A stretch of DNA of 63,834 nt, counting the filler, from Basidiobolus ranarum (Eukaryota): assembly GCA_040143965.1 (NCBI GenBank). It is 6 parts of 6 records of this genome, joined end to end, with 100 filler letters (N's around TTAATTAATTAA, not from the genome) between each part and the next. Parts side by side here need not be neighbours in the genome. Positions count along the whole stretch, not along the records: positions 10,678 to 21,248 come from JASJQH010000693.1; positions 21,349 to 31,915 come from JASJQH010000694.1; 4 more parts are not named here. One strand, written 5' to 3'. Both the position numbers and the translations under genes were made by a program. A model generated the notes under the pieces. That model did no database searches. It was not told the origin of the DNA and saw only the letters and a list, made by a program, of their open reading frames with translations. The number at the start of each line of letters is the position of its first letter. Position 1 is the stretch's first letter. Positions 12,841 through 26,145 of the stretch are shown here, piece by piece.

Positions 12841-13120
12841 GATTGGCACCGTTCTTGGCCAGGACATCCTGGGGCAGCACAGCCATCAGCTGATACCTGT
12901 TGGGGTGGCATGGTCAAGATAATTATGTAACCTTCCATGCACTAGGTGCTAAGAATATCATATTTTCAACTATGACTAACTACTGGATCATTGTAGGACT
13001 GCTGACTAACACTGATTGTTATCTAGATAACTCAAGGTACTGATAATACTGATTAGGGGATGATACTGATATACTGATGTTACTGAATGTTGCATATCCT
13101 AACTGATACTTAAGCTGCAG
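12841..13120 (-). mobile_element. Inverted fragment of the gypsy LTR seen at 18155-18610
   Basis: The reverse complement aligns with about 18170-18450, e.g. ACATCCTGGGGCAGCA and TGTTGGGGTGGCA. Confidence 0.75.
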
Positions 13121-13199
13121 AACATTGAGCTATGTGGCAAAAGGTACTTTATGACCTTTGTTGATTACAAAACAAGATATACTTGGGTTTTCTTTTTCA

Positions 13200-13977
13200 A
13201 ATCAAAATTCAAAGCCTTGACCATATTGTGGCACTACTAAACAGTGGTAGAGAAAGAAGCAGCACAAAAATTAAGGGAACTAAGAGTGATCATGGTGGTT
13301 ATACTGGTTTAATGACTTAGCTAACTCTTGTTCTAAGCATGGAATCATGCAACAAACAACCATACCTTATACTCCACAGCAAAATTTAGTTGCAGAATGT
13401 GCTAATAAGACCAGAGAGGAGATGCCAAGATAAATGTTACATGATCAAAAGTTAGATTGGCAATTCAGGGCTAAATCAGTCTTGGCCACAGTCAATATCA
13501 AAAACAGAAGTCAAACAAGATTGCTACAATGTTCTACTCCACTTGAAGCCCTTTATCCATCAAAACCAATTGTGGAGCATCTCAGGATCTCTGGTTACAC
13601 TTCATAGTGCCTAATTCCAGCTCAAGAATGCTTTAAACTGTAACCCAAAAGCCAAAAATGCAAATCTCTTGATAGCTGTGATGGATCTAAGGCCTACAGA
13701 CTGTTTGATACCAAAAATCCAAAGTTAAAAGAGTGCAGAGGTGCGATTTTTTATGAAAAAGTGAATTTTCACCTCAACTCACAAATCTTGATCCAGAAAA
13801 CATAATCAGCACAATTCACAGAATATCTGTTAAGAATGATATAATTGAACTTGCCTACTGCTCTTCCAAAGAAATAATTGCTGACAACATAATAAAATTG
13901 TTAGCTAAAGTACAATTTGAATTAATAAGATGCAAGTTAGGATTATGCAAAATATAAAATAATTAGTTGAGTGAGAA
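13200..13977 (+). mobile_element. Copia integrase fragment joined directly to the RNase H end (RT deleted)
   Basis: KSDHGG and TIPYTPQQNLVAECANKT (TPQQNGVAER-like). At about 13830 it jumps to ELAYCSSKEIIADNI. Degenerate PPT TTGAGTGAGAA precedes the LTR. Confidence 0.8.
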
Positions 13978-14260
13978 TGTTCAAATTAGGAAAATAGTGG
14001 CACATTATTTAGTAGCTAGTTAACTCATATTCTAAATATGTAGCACTTGATTCGGCCTTTAAAGAATGTGTATTTATTGCTCTAATTGATATAAATATCA
14101 ATTAGATCATTGTTACCATTTTTCACTATTTTCTCAAAAACCTCTCTAAATCATCTCCAATTCTCACCCATGCTTTACAGGTATGTTTATTATGATCTGA
14201 GACCATTGAATAGTCCTATCTTATAGTAAACTATAAACAGGATATTTTTACTTCAATAAA
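13978..14260 (+). mobile_element. Copia LTR family B, copy 2 (truncated by gypsy element)
   Basis: Colinear with 12476-12757 up to AATAAA. Confidence 0.75.
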
Positions 14261-14299
14261 ATGTTGTAGAACAGATCATCACCCAGCAGTCCCAACATC

Positions 14300-17200
14300 T
14301 ATAGCTATTGAGCTAGCAACAACAAGGAAGTGCTTATACAAACCAGAATCTACCAGAACCAACTAAGCCAAAAAGTATAATGATTATCAAGGTTGACTAG
14401 TACCTTGGTAAAGTCAATAAAATATTTGAACTTGAATCTTTCAGTTAGAAGAAGTCTTGAAAGCCAGAGGAATTTGGGATGCCAACAAGCTTTACTATGA
14501 AGCCCCAATTTGCACCAATGCAGCCCTTTGGTGGTATTATCACAGAACATGTGCAGCAGCCACCAGAGAACTAGCACAAATCACTACTTGGAAACAGCTT
14601 ATTCAAGAGATTCAGGATGTTCTTGAAACAGTGCATCAGCAGCAACTACTTGCAGGAAAACTAACATAGTCGAAGAAGGAAAAATGTGCAGGAAAATATC
14701 TCCTAGTTCAGAAGTGTAATGTACCAGATCAACAGTACACCCTTGCTAGATGAATTGCCACACTTTGCCAAAGAATTGAAAGGAAGGACTAAGATGGAAG
14801 TAAACTACCAAGCTCTAGACACATTAGAACAGGCAATCAAGATTGCAATCACCTATGACACTGCCATATATGGTGAAGAAAGACCATATGTTATGGAGAG
14901 CAGCCAAAACCAAAGTTACCCCAGGAGACCAATGGAAAGAATTTCCAAAGAGATTGACTCCATCAACAGAGAGCTCACTACTGAAGAATGTGAACAAATA
15001 CAATTGTGCTTCACATGCCATAAGAAAGGACATTATCCTAGATATTGTCCAGAACGAAAGCTAAAGGTAAGTAATAGGAGCTTCAACATTACCAAGACTA
15101 TGCAAGTGTCAGACAACAGTCAGGAAGAAGAAGCTGGGGCCACTCTGCAACAAACCGCTGAATATCTTTGCAATGTGAATGAGAACCCAGGAAGACCCCT
15201 ATATCTCAATGGAGTTATAAATCAAACTACCACCACAATCATAATTGACTCAGGGGCATCACATGAGAGTATATATCATCCCAGCTTGCCAACAGGCAAG
15301 AGTCTACTCAGAGCCTACTCCAACAACCAGAGTCTCTACCACAGATGGAACAGCATACTGTATCTGTCAGATTACAAGTCCTTTGCAGATCACTATAATT
15401 AACTACTGCAATGAAATAAAAGCTTACTTGTTGGAGAGCTGTAAGTTAGACTTGGTGCTTGGAAAGACTTGGCTATACCCAAGAGATTAATATGACAAAA
15501 GAAGGCAAGACTTTTCAGCTTATTCCTGTCAAAAGGGATTGCAGCCATACCAAGACCAGTCAGAAGGGTGATATGTCTGCCAGTAAAAGTCAGTTCAGCT
15601 GAGCTGTCAGGAGGAACCAAGAGATATTTCTAATTGCTGTACTGCACAACAAGGAGTTGATGTAATGACAGAAGTATTTAAGGAATACTAGGATATATTT
15701 CCAAAGGAATTGACAGAGCTTCCATCTGCCCAAGTAATGGACCATGCATGTTATACAGGGGACAGTGAACCTGTGAGCAAAGCACCCTACCACACAAGTC
15801 CCATGGAGTTACAAGAAGTTAAGAATTAGATTAACCAACTATTAGAGCAAGGATATATAAGACCAAGCAAGTCTTCATGGGGACCACCAGTCTTGTTTGT
15901 CAAGAAGAAAGATGGAACCCTAAGAATGTGCATTGACTATCAAGTTTTGTATTTAGTCTCTATAAAGAACAACTTTTGTATCCATAAGATAGACAAGCTA
16001 TTGGAATAACTTAATGGCACCAAAATATTTAGCAAAATTGATCTCTTGTCAAGATATAGATGGATCTAAGTGAGACCAGACAATATACCCAAGAATACAT
16101 TTAGGTCAAGATATGGACTCTATGAATATTATGTCATGAATTTTGGCTTGAGTAATGCACCAGCTAGCTTTATGACATTAATGCCCAATTTCTTTGCCAA
16201 GTAGTTAGACCAGTTTGTCATTATTTATTGTGTTGATATTCTAATCTGTAGCAAGAGTCAGGAAGAGCATGTGCAACATGATAGGAAAGTCTGAGAGAAG
16301 CTCCAAGCAAACTAAATCTATGGGAGACTTAGCAAGTGTGAGCTCTTGAAGGACCAGGTAGAATACCTAGGAGATATTGTGAAAAGTTCAGTGGTAGCTA
16401 TGGCTCCCAGAAAAGTTGAGGAAATCAAGAATTGGAAGCAGCCCACTAACATATCTGAACTCAGGGCATTTATAGAAATGGTTTACTTTTACCGAAGATT
16501 TGTCAAAGAATTTGCTTCAATATCTGCCCCAATGACTGAGCTACTGAAGAAGGATGGTGTCATGACTTGGAACTAGCAATGTGAAGTAGCTATCCAATCC
16601 ACAAAAGTCAAACTAGCAAATTTACCCACCAGGAAGATTCCAGCTTTCAACTAGCCATTCATTCTAATCACTGAAGCCTCAGACTATACCATAGGAGGAG
16701 CTCTTAGCCAGATTCATGAAGATGTGGAATACCCAAATGCCTTGAAGTCCACGATAATAAGCAGTGCCAAACAGAACTATCTAGTAGATGAACAGGAGAT
16801 GCTTGCCATTATCCATTCCCTGAAAGTCTGGAGATGCTGTGTAGAAAAAGTCAAGACTACTGTAAAGATAGACCATGCCTCTCCTAAGTATGTTACTACT
16901 CAAAAGGTGCTATCAAGAAGAATGACACAATGGTGTGAATATTGGCAACAATTTAACCTTGACATTACTTATTTCCCTGCAAAGATCCATGTTGTAGTAG
17001 ATGCCTTGTCCCAAGTTGATAAGCCAAAGGAAATCAATGTCATTGAAGAATCTGATTAGCCTAGACTAATACCACAATTTATGAAGGACCAAGTATTCTC
17101 AGAACCACTAGGGGAGGAAGTACAAAAATTAAATCCTAAGGAAGCAGAGAAATTTGTAGTACAAGAAACTCTCTACTTCATCATTGATAATTGGCCAATA

Positions 17201-18154
17201 CCTTACTGCCCCTATCCAAAGTGATTGTACTTAGTTTATAAACTACATGATGGCTATGGACATTGAGGAATTGATGGTACCCTGAGCCTACTGAAGACCA
17301 GAGCCTGGTGGCCAAAGATGAAGAGTGATATAGAGAAATTAGTCAAAACTACCCCCAGTTATCTAATTAATCAGAGTCAAACCCAGAGACATGCCAAATT
17401 ATTCCCTTTGAGGCCAGTAAGACCATGTGAAAGATGGGGAATTGATTTCATTGACAACTACCCTGACTGCAAGAAGCAAACAGTAGATTCTTGTTACCAT
17501 TGACCATGCAACTAAGTGGCTAATAACCAAAGCAGTACCAGTTGCTAGTGAAGAAGTTGCAAGTTTCATGGCTGAAGTTTTGATAAAGTTTGGATGCTCT
17601 GTTGAAATTCTGTCTGACAGAGGAGCTAGCATTATGGCAAAAGCCCTTGGTGCCTATTGGGAATTTCAAAATATCAAGTATTTGAAGATCTTCCTACTTG
17701 GTCTATGGATGCCACCCAAAGTTCTCAGGAGACATCTTGCAACCAAAACTTACTGACCTTATGGAAGATGAGCTTAGGCAAACAACTGCAAAGGAGAAGC
17801 TTACTCAGGAGCAAAATGCAGCACAAGCCAGAGTTGCAAGAAGTGTCTCCAAAATGAAGACTTATTTTAATAATGCAGTAAACTCCCAGCTAATTGCTGA
17901 AGGAACCTTGGTGCTGTTAAGAAATAACACCAAGAAGAAGTTTGAACCTCTTTGGACAGGACCATTCAAGGTTATCAGAAAATGCCCATTCCTGACATAT
18001 CAGCTTGTGGACTAACAAGGAGTGACCAAAGAAGACTTGGTCCATTGGGATAGACTAAAGGTTGCCAGACTTCCAGAAGATGATCTATCAACCAAATATT
18101 GGTACCACAAGAAGAAATACTCAAGAAAACCTTCTCCTTCTTAGTGACGGAGAA
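14300..18154 (+). mobile_element. Decayed Ty3/gypsy retrotransposon internal region (gag-PR-RT-RH-IN)
   Basis: Zinc knuckle CFTCHKKGHYPRYC; protease [30 protein letters not shown] and FGLSNAP; RNase H EQEMLAII; integrase WGIDFI, ILSDRG and WTGPFKV. Order RT-RH-IN is gypsy type. Many stops. Confidence 0.95.
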
Positions 18155-18610
18155 TATTAAGATTTACTAACTGAAGCAACTTAAGCATTAGTTAGATTAT
18201 GCAAAATTCAGTATTATCAGTATATCAATATTATCACCAGATCAGCATTACTTCTCAGTCATATGATGTTCCAGTAGTTAGTGATATTTAGTCATATGGT
18301 ATTCATATGTTCTGATGATTGGAAGGTCACATAATCTTATCCCCTCCTGTCAAGTAGGTCACATGATTATTTTTGCTGTGCCACCCCAACATGTATAACT
18401 TGATTGCTATGCTGCCCCAGGATGTTTTGGCCACAAATTGTGCCATCTCAGTATAATGTAGCTAGATCCTGATATAGTAATTAGATTAGTAATCACTGGA
18501 TCAGTCATTGCTCATCTGATCCATCAGTTTAAGTATAAATATAGGAGTATCTACTCAATAAACTTTGGTCCAGTTTTTGAGAATACAATACTAGCTTACT
18601 TAACTCCCTA
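18155..18610 (+). mobile_element. Probable 3' LTR of the gypsy element
   Basis: Follows the integrase end and a purine-rich tract, contains TATAAAT and AATAAA, ends ...CCCTACA, and has an inverted partial copy at 12841-13120. Boundaries approximate. Confidence 0.6.
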
Positions 18611-19299
18611 CAATTTGTAGCTGATTAAAAATTATGACACATAATTGAAATCTAAATTGGGTTTTAAGCAAAGCCTGCAGGAAGGAAAGGAGAAACCTGC
18701 AAGAACAGAGGACCTAATTGATTAATGGTCTAGCAATTGAATATCCCCCTTGGAAGACATTAACAAACTGGGCACTAATTCAAGTAACAATGAAGCTTTC
18801 ATCAATTTACCAGATGTGTCCCTTTCTATCAATAGTGCAAGTGAAGAGATTACAATGCCCCAATTACATATGAACACATAGTTGGGCAAAGCTCAACAGC
18901 AATACCATCAAGGCCATCAACTTCCAAAATGCCTGCTTTACCAACTATTGAACATCACACTGTAAACAATATGGATGGAATCATAACAACAAGGAAATCT
19001 CAGGCAGAATATCATAATCATTTGTATGCAATCATGAGTAAAAACTACCAAGTTGCTATACAGGCCTTGACAAGCATTCATGCAGCACTATTGCAATTAA
19101 TGCTGCATTCTGAAGCAGCTAGTTAACAGTTAGAGAGCCACTAAACTATGATACATGATCATCAGCATACTGTACTTTAGCTATGGCAACATGCTGCTCC
19201 CTCCCTCCATTCTCATACAGGATTTCAATCTATATGAGACCATACATATGAATGCATACATATGAATGTCACCATGAAAATCTAGCATAGCAAAATATG

Positions 19300-21100
19300 A
19301 GTTGGACCATCAAGCCAGCACAATAACCCAAAATTGCTTGGGCACATGAAAGTAGTAATATCATAGGAAAACCAGCAAACTAAGAGACTCTGAATGTTAG
19401 AACTGCTTTCACCTGCTCTGATGATGAATAGGTCCACATTTTGGAAACTGTGAAGAATCTTGCCCAAAATCACCTTGATTTGAGCAAATAGTGGAATAAT
19501 CAAAGCCTAGGTGTTACTCATAAGGTTCTTGAATTTTTTCATGTGGCTTATCCAGTGTTTACTAAAGCCTTCTACTTGAACCGTATCTGCATCAATAAGC
19601 ACCTTTGCAATCTTTTGAAGAATCTTCAGAAATCTGGGAAAGGCTGTTTTGCTTAGGTTGGTTGCCATCCTCCACCCTTCAATGGTTAATAATACCTTCT
19701 AAACATCTCACTTGCTTCATGACTTGCAGGACCTACCAAGTGAGAGTCAAACTCTCTACTGTTAGCAATGTCTTTGTTTGAATAGAGATCATCATTCCTC
19801 TCATCATGCTGTTTCTCATGAAGGCATACAAATAATGGCTGGAAAATACATGGAGTACTGTACTTAAGCCTTCCACTTCAGCCATGTATGCAGTATTCTT
19901 CATGCAGTGGTAAGTTTTAGTTTAATCAGCAGAAACCTATCAAGGGCTCTGTTACTAAGGTTGGATTCAATCCTCCACACTTAAATAGTTTGTGGTACTT
20001 CTCTGACATTCTCACTTGCTCTAGAACTAGTGCAACTTGCCAAAAGTGAGTAATGCTAACTGTGGTTAACAATATCTGTGGTTATATCCAAGTTATTTTC
20101 ACTCCCAACTTGCTCATTCTTCTGCAATAGCTCAAGAAGTTCTTATTTAATACAAAATTGAAGTGGAGTATTGGCTTTACCAATAGTATTTCAGGTCTCA
20201 TGTGTATGTTCAACTTGTGTTACTACTGAAATAGTAAGTGAAACAAACTTAGTGCTTGCTGGTACTGTGGAGCTTTGTCCCCATCTCTGAACATCTTCTC
20301 TCCCCACTATCAATCATATACCTCTCAGCCAAGCTCCAGTTATTTGTGTAAACCCATTTCATACTCTTTTTTGATACTTTCTTGAAGTTTAGTGTCAATT
20401 ATGGCCTCAGTTTTTCTGACAGAAATGCAAGGCATCTATGTTCAATAAGGTCAGAGAGTTGATTAACAGTAACTTTACATTAGAAGGTTGCATCATAATC
20501 TGATAGCTAAGGTCCTTGGTAATAGTTGAAATATAGTCAAACAACAAGCTGATCTACTCCACAGTATTCAACATTTGCTTTTGGCTCTGGTCTATACTTT
20601 AACTTGAGGGGTTATATGTATTTGGACAGATCTAATTTCTGGCTTTCCTTTAAGCCATCATATGCATATATTGAGCAGGTATTGGTCATGTAATCTACAA
20701 TCTTTCTCAGATGGTCAATTTTGATTTTCTTATGAATCATTCTCATGATTTAATTCATCCAGATATGTCCTATCATCCGTCTTACCAATATGGGTACTCA
20801 TCTAGGCCTTTATTCCTGATTAATTTGCTCAATCTCCAGAACTACAGATCCAAATGCTTCCTTTTCTGGTACCAAAGTTTGCACACCATCAAGCTAAACC
20901 ATGGTTTCTGGGTCCTTCATAGTACCAAAGTCCAATTTCTATGCTTTGTTTCCAACTGGATTGATTTGATTAATCCAAAATTAACCTTTTATGTTATTAG
21001 ATGCAATCTGTGATTCAAATTTGTCACTCTCAAAGTTTTCAACTCTCCAAATAATAACAAGTACATAGCTGTGTTTCACAAGCCTACCACAGCTTCATAT
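19300..21100 (-). mobile_element. Highly decayed retroelement gag/protease remnant
   Basis: The minus strand near 19555-19600 reads KALVNTG, similar to the protease motif ALVDTG. The region is almost CpG-free, like the neighbouring TEs. No intact ORF. Confidence 0.45.
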
Positions 21101-21128
21101 TGATTATATCTACTCAAAGAGTGTATTC

Positions 21129-21248
21129 TGTTAAAGTATTTGGGAGCCTGTTGGAAGTGGTTTGGAGAATTAGAGGAATTGGTGGTTTTCACTTATTGAT
21201 TTATTGAGTAGAAAGTTGCCATTTATAGTTTTGTCAAGATGTAAACAA
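21129..21248 (-). mobile_element. Copia LTR family A, partial (contig end)
   Basis: Reverse complement of the LTR-A 3' end (TGTTAAAGTATTTGGGAGCCTG...). Confidence 0.9.
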
Positions 21249-21348
21249 NNNNNNNNNNNNNNNNNNNNNNNNNNNNNNNNNNNNNNNNNNNNTTAATTAA
21301 TTAANNNNNNNNNNNNNNNNNNNNNNNNNNNNNNNNNNNNNNNNNNNN
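21249..21348. other. Artificial contig linker
   Basis: N44-TTAATTAATTAA-N44. Confidence 0.97.
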
Positions 21349-21593
21349 TGAAATTCTTATATATGAACTCATTACCCTGCTTGCTGAAAACCATCCTTTC
21401 TAATTTCCTCATGCTCCTGCAGAACCCCAACATTCCCAGTTCATTTGGCTCTGTTGAAATGGTATATGACTCATCCATCTCTAACTGAGTTTGGATATCT
21501 TTTTACTGAGTACCTTAGGGCTTAATTGCCAATCTGATACGTAGTGTAGTGACAGAATGTTGGTGCTTTATGGTTGGGCTCAACACTAAATAT

Positions 21594-21941
21594 TGTTGAA
21601 ATTAGCATTGCCTAAACACCTGTATAGTCATATATATCTTAGTATTTAGTTATCTGATATTGAACTAAGATATTATCCATTATTCTCAATTGGAATTTAT
21701 TTAGAATATTTTTACCAACTTAGAAGTTCTCAGATATAAAGATTTTTCACACTTGTGCTATAAGCTCCAAACATGGCACATATGTGTCTGTGATTTTCCT
21801 TAACATATTGTATATGTTTGTTTGCTTACATCTTGACAAAAGTATAAATATCAACTTTGTTCTCAATAAATCAATAGGTGAAAACCACCAATTTCTCTAA
21901 TTCTCCAAACCACTTCCAACAGGCTCCCAAGTACTTTAACA
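21594..21941 (+). mobile_element. Solo LTR, family A
   Basis: TGTTG...TAACA, flanked by AATAT / GATAT (5-bp TSD with one mismatch). No PPT or PBS. Confidence 0.9.
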
Positions 21942-23369
21942 GATATTTGTCATTTTATCTAACAGTTGGTTGATACATCAAAATCTATGAAACATTGCTT
22001 TGTGTATTTCACCTAAATATGCAAATGCATATATATCAAATCACTTCCATATAACTTTAACTCTCCCCAAAGGTCAAGTTCTATACTGCTTGCATCTAAG
22101 CTAACCACTTCCTGTGAAACCATTGAAAAACCTAATATTTTGGAAATATGAGATACAACTCATAGCCAATACTAATTTTAGTGGGTACAGTGGTATAATT
22201 GTTGGTCTACATTTATCAGTGTTACAGGTAAACCTATGTGCAGATTTTTGGAGAGCAAGTCACCTGATTGCACTAAGAAATAGTCACTATTTGCAACATT
22301 CGATTGTAAAGTAAAGTAAAGTGGCTTCCAGATTCAGCTATCCTACAGATTCAAAACACTTAGGGGGCTGTAGCGATATCCGATATCCTGAATCTCCGAT
22401 GTTACGATGAGTAGGAAAGTATCGTTCCAGCGATCAGACAGTAGCATTCAACATGCCAATATTATACACCTCAGTTGCTGAAAAATTATGCTTGTTGTTA
22501 TTACATCCTTTCCTAGCCCATTATCTGATACAGTTGGCGGATAAAATGCGGTGATCCAAGTCTACAAGCAAGTCGCACAACATATTATATATATATATAG
22601 TAGCGCACACTGTGAGTCGAAATTCATTTGAAATATCTTTATCTTGATTCTCATTGAATCAATGTTCCAATTATAGCAAGGTTCTTTTCAACTCTAATTA
22701 TTTGTACTCCCAAGTAGTTTCTCCCCCAATTGGCTATGCTATTCTCACTAGCTATATGGGGAAGGTGGGATGAATATTTCCGGTTTTAGGAAAGGATGTC
22801 AATTCATAGGGTTAGGGTTACTTCTAGTAAAACTTCAAAATATTGGTGTCAGCCATTCGATACAATTAATAACTATCAAGTCAAGATTAACTCCTCTATT
22901 TCAAGGAGAACTTCGATTTTCCTTGATGATTCCCCGCTTTCAATAGGATGGGTTTCGGTGGATACATCTCGACTCGAACCTTTGATATATTGATACCGAT
23001 ACCGATATCGAATGATTTCCCCTTATTCACTTTGACGTATTCATCGAATATGTGGCCGAAACAATATATCACTTTAACAGAGATCACCTGACTCTACAGT
23101 CAAAACCCATTTGATATGATTGTGAAGAATTGGCTTTACTACAATATGAAAATGGATGCTATATACAAGAGCTATGAGGATTTTGTGAAATATAAAAAGA
23201 GGAAGAAGTGTAATCAAATGGGTGTCAATATATATGCAAGCAAGTAAATTAGTGATGATCCCTTTCTGTTGTTTGACATATGTGCTTTGATCGAAAGTGT
23301 GGTCAAGCATGGTGGCTATTAAAAAGTTCAAGTACTGATATTAAGAGTGCTTCTCAGTAGCAACAGCTT

Positions 23370-24005
23370 CTAGATAGTATGGGTTTTTTGATGTCTACGG
23401 AGGTTGGATAGTACAGAAAACCGACGTTGACATCCTGGATAATCGCATTCGAATGGTTTTTCGCCAGTATGAGTATGCAAATGAATACGGAGCGAACTAG
23501 GACGTGGAAAGCGCTTATGACATACATGGCAAATATGCCGTTTCGTGATGTAGTTGCGCTGGCTAGAGGTTGAGATAGTTTCGGGGACTGAAGATTCGCT
23601 AAGACTATTGGAAGAGATGGAGGAACAGCGGGCAGTTGGAGTATAGGTCGAGTCATATGGGGTGAAGCTGGGTCTATGAGACTCATGAGATTGGAAATCG
23701 GTGTATCTGCCACTATCACAAGTAGTAGGATTTTGAAGGGCCAAGAGATCAGGGATGCTTTGGAGCTTTCGTCGTTTAGACATCTCACTCTCCTCAGTGT
23801 ACCTTAAGTTTTTGTTATTGCTGTTCTTAATGTAGTTTTCTGGTCTATGAGCTTGCGAGTACCAAGTTTCTCCGGAAAATAATTCACGGATACCAGGTAG
23901 AAGATCAACTGGCTGTGAATGAGCGAAAGATGCATAGGTGGACATCGCAGGATAGTGATGGGTGTTGAATAGACGATTTTCGCAAGTAAGGGTCAAAGCG
24001 GCCAT
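23370..24005 (-). CDS. C2H2 zinc-finger transcription factor (two C-terminal fingers; MtfA/Nrg1-like)
   Basis: Intronless 211-aa ORF with HICHVCHKRFPRPSSLRIHLHTHTGEKPFECDYPGCQRRFSVLSNLRRHQKTH. TATA-like TATATA and CCAAT upstream (24063-24086). Confidence 0.92.
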   Translation of the reverse strand: MAALTLTCENRLFNTHHYPAMSTYASFAHSQPVDLLPGIRELFSGETWYSQAHRPENYIKNSNNKNLRYTEESEMSKRRKLQSIPDLLALQNPTTCDSGRYTDFQSHESHRPSFTPYDSTYTPTARCSSISSNSLSESSVPETISTSSQRNYITKRHICHVCHKRFPRPSSLRIHLHTHTGEKPFECDYPGCQRRFSVLSNLRRHQKTHTI

Positions 24006-26145
24006 ATGTGCTAAAGCTTAGGTTGATCAATTTTAGTTTCTTGGGGGGTTCGATCTGCTGGTTATATAGAGAATTCTTGACCAATCAAATTAGAGGACTA
24101 AGATTCAGGCGAATTTTCCCGTATAATCTCCGTGAATATGTGGTGTAACCTTAAACACTCCTTTGAACCCAAAGCTTGTACATCGTTTGATAAGAAACCA
24201 ATGTCAGATGAGTAAATCACCAAATGTCAGTCCTAACCTTAATAGACAACTCTAATCACTCAATTCTAAATATAAGTTGGACTTTTTTGGATTGGATGGC
24301 CTCTTGACCAATCCACAAGCGGTACTCGAGTGAGACCAAGCCATCAGATTGGGGATATAGAATATTAGAGTAGCAGAGAAGGGGCATGATATAAGCAGGA
24401 AATGGGGAGATAATCACAGATACAACTTGGTTGTAGATCGTAGATTGAATTCTACTACTAGTCATCTGACATTCACTAAGTGCTACAGCAGAATATCAGG
24501 TGCCTTTGTCCCTCTCATTGGTTATACGCTACGGATATGTATGTATTGATGGATTAGGCCACTTTGCCAAGGAATTTCCTTTCCTTACTCTGTGAAAAGT
24601 TATTCGTGATCATTAGGCTTTGTGTACGGAAGTTGTAAGGAAAGTAGGTGTGGAGGTATCAGGTTTTTAGACTTGGGGTGGCACCAAGCTGTGTCAGATT
24701 GTACTAACAGACTCTGACGGATCACGTAAGCCTCAACAGGAAAACTGCAGTTCTTTGAAGGTAGCTTGCCGTGAGTGGTGGATCTGTGATCGGGCAAGAA
24801 ATACCACCATAAAATTGTGGCGTGTTTTACTTTAGTTTTATCTCGACCAGTTTACTTGCTTTAACCAAATATATCTAAAGCCCAGTTATTACTAACGATG
24901 GCTTAGGCTCAGTGGTTTGCATCGATCGCTTACCACCAAGACTATTGTTTAGTCTGTATCATCTGAAACTTCACTTGGCAAGGCAAGTGGGAGGTTTCTT
25001 AACTATGGATTGATCACTGTATTGTGCTCCTGGTAAGCTGCATATCTTCCACTTCAATCTAGTTTTAGTGTGTTAGGGTGCTTGGGTGCCTGGATATAGC
25101 CCGTCTCACTTGCATCTCTTTAGGGTAAGTACTCGGATTGGCGGAAGTTATTGAAATATTGGAAATTGATTCAGTATCAGATAGTTAGCAGTGTATCCTA
25201 ACTCTGACTGTTACTGGTTACCACTTTACCGTTGCTAGTTACTTCACTGTTACTTGTGTTCAGGTGCGATGCATATGAACAATACAAATCTTAGTAGCAC
25301 ACATTCAAGAAGTACTACGCCAAAGTACTACGCATTAAGGAAATATGGGCTATTCTGTACTCATCAATTGTATCTCCTTTTGAAGCCTGGATGTGGATGA
25401 TTCTTAAAGTAGCATGATTTCTTGCGGTTGATTTTCATTTACCAAATACAGTGTACAAACTTTATAGTTGTTCCTTAGCAAGACAACCTTAAGATTTATC
25501 CCAAGACTACCACTCAAACTGGCAGTATTTGTTAGTGGCTGTGTGGATTCTAAAACACTGATTTACATCTTATGGTTCCAGCGACAACGTAGTATAAATT
25601 ATTTCACCGACAGTAGCATCCCACATAACTTTCATCGGATCCGTTTATATCAATCTAACCTTTGTCTTTAGTGAGATCGAGGTTACACGCTTGGTTCAAC
25701 ATAACTATGTTCGTTTGCCATATCTACTCCAAACTGACCCATGCCAGAAAAGTGATCCCGATGGCTTACTAAGATGTTTCATGAATGATCACAATTTATC
25801 AGATGCCTTTCTAGATGCGGATGCAATGGAGAGGGGTTTTGGATTTGCGGGGATTATTCCCAGTTTTTGGTGAATCTCAGATTTCGGCGATTTGATTGGG
25901 TGGTGTTAGGGTTAGGGGTAAGTTAGGACGAGATGCATAAGAGATTATTTAATTTGATCTATAGGAGGAAAAGCTGTAGTCTCATACCCTACCCGAACCA
26001 TTTTCTAACTACCAATTTTCCAAACCAACGTCGTACCATAGATCGGATGGTTTCTTCAACTGACTCAGATATAAGAGAAACCATTGAGAACCGAAGGAAT
26101 CTGTTTTTTCCTTTCTCTTTTTACTCTCTATTTGACTCCTATATA

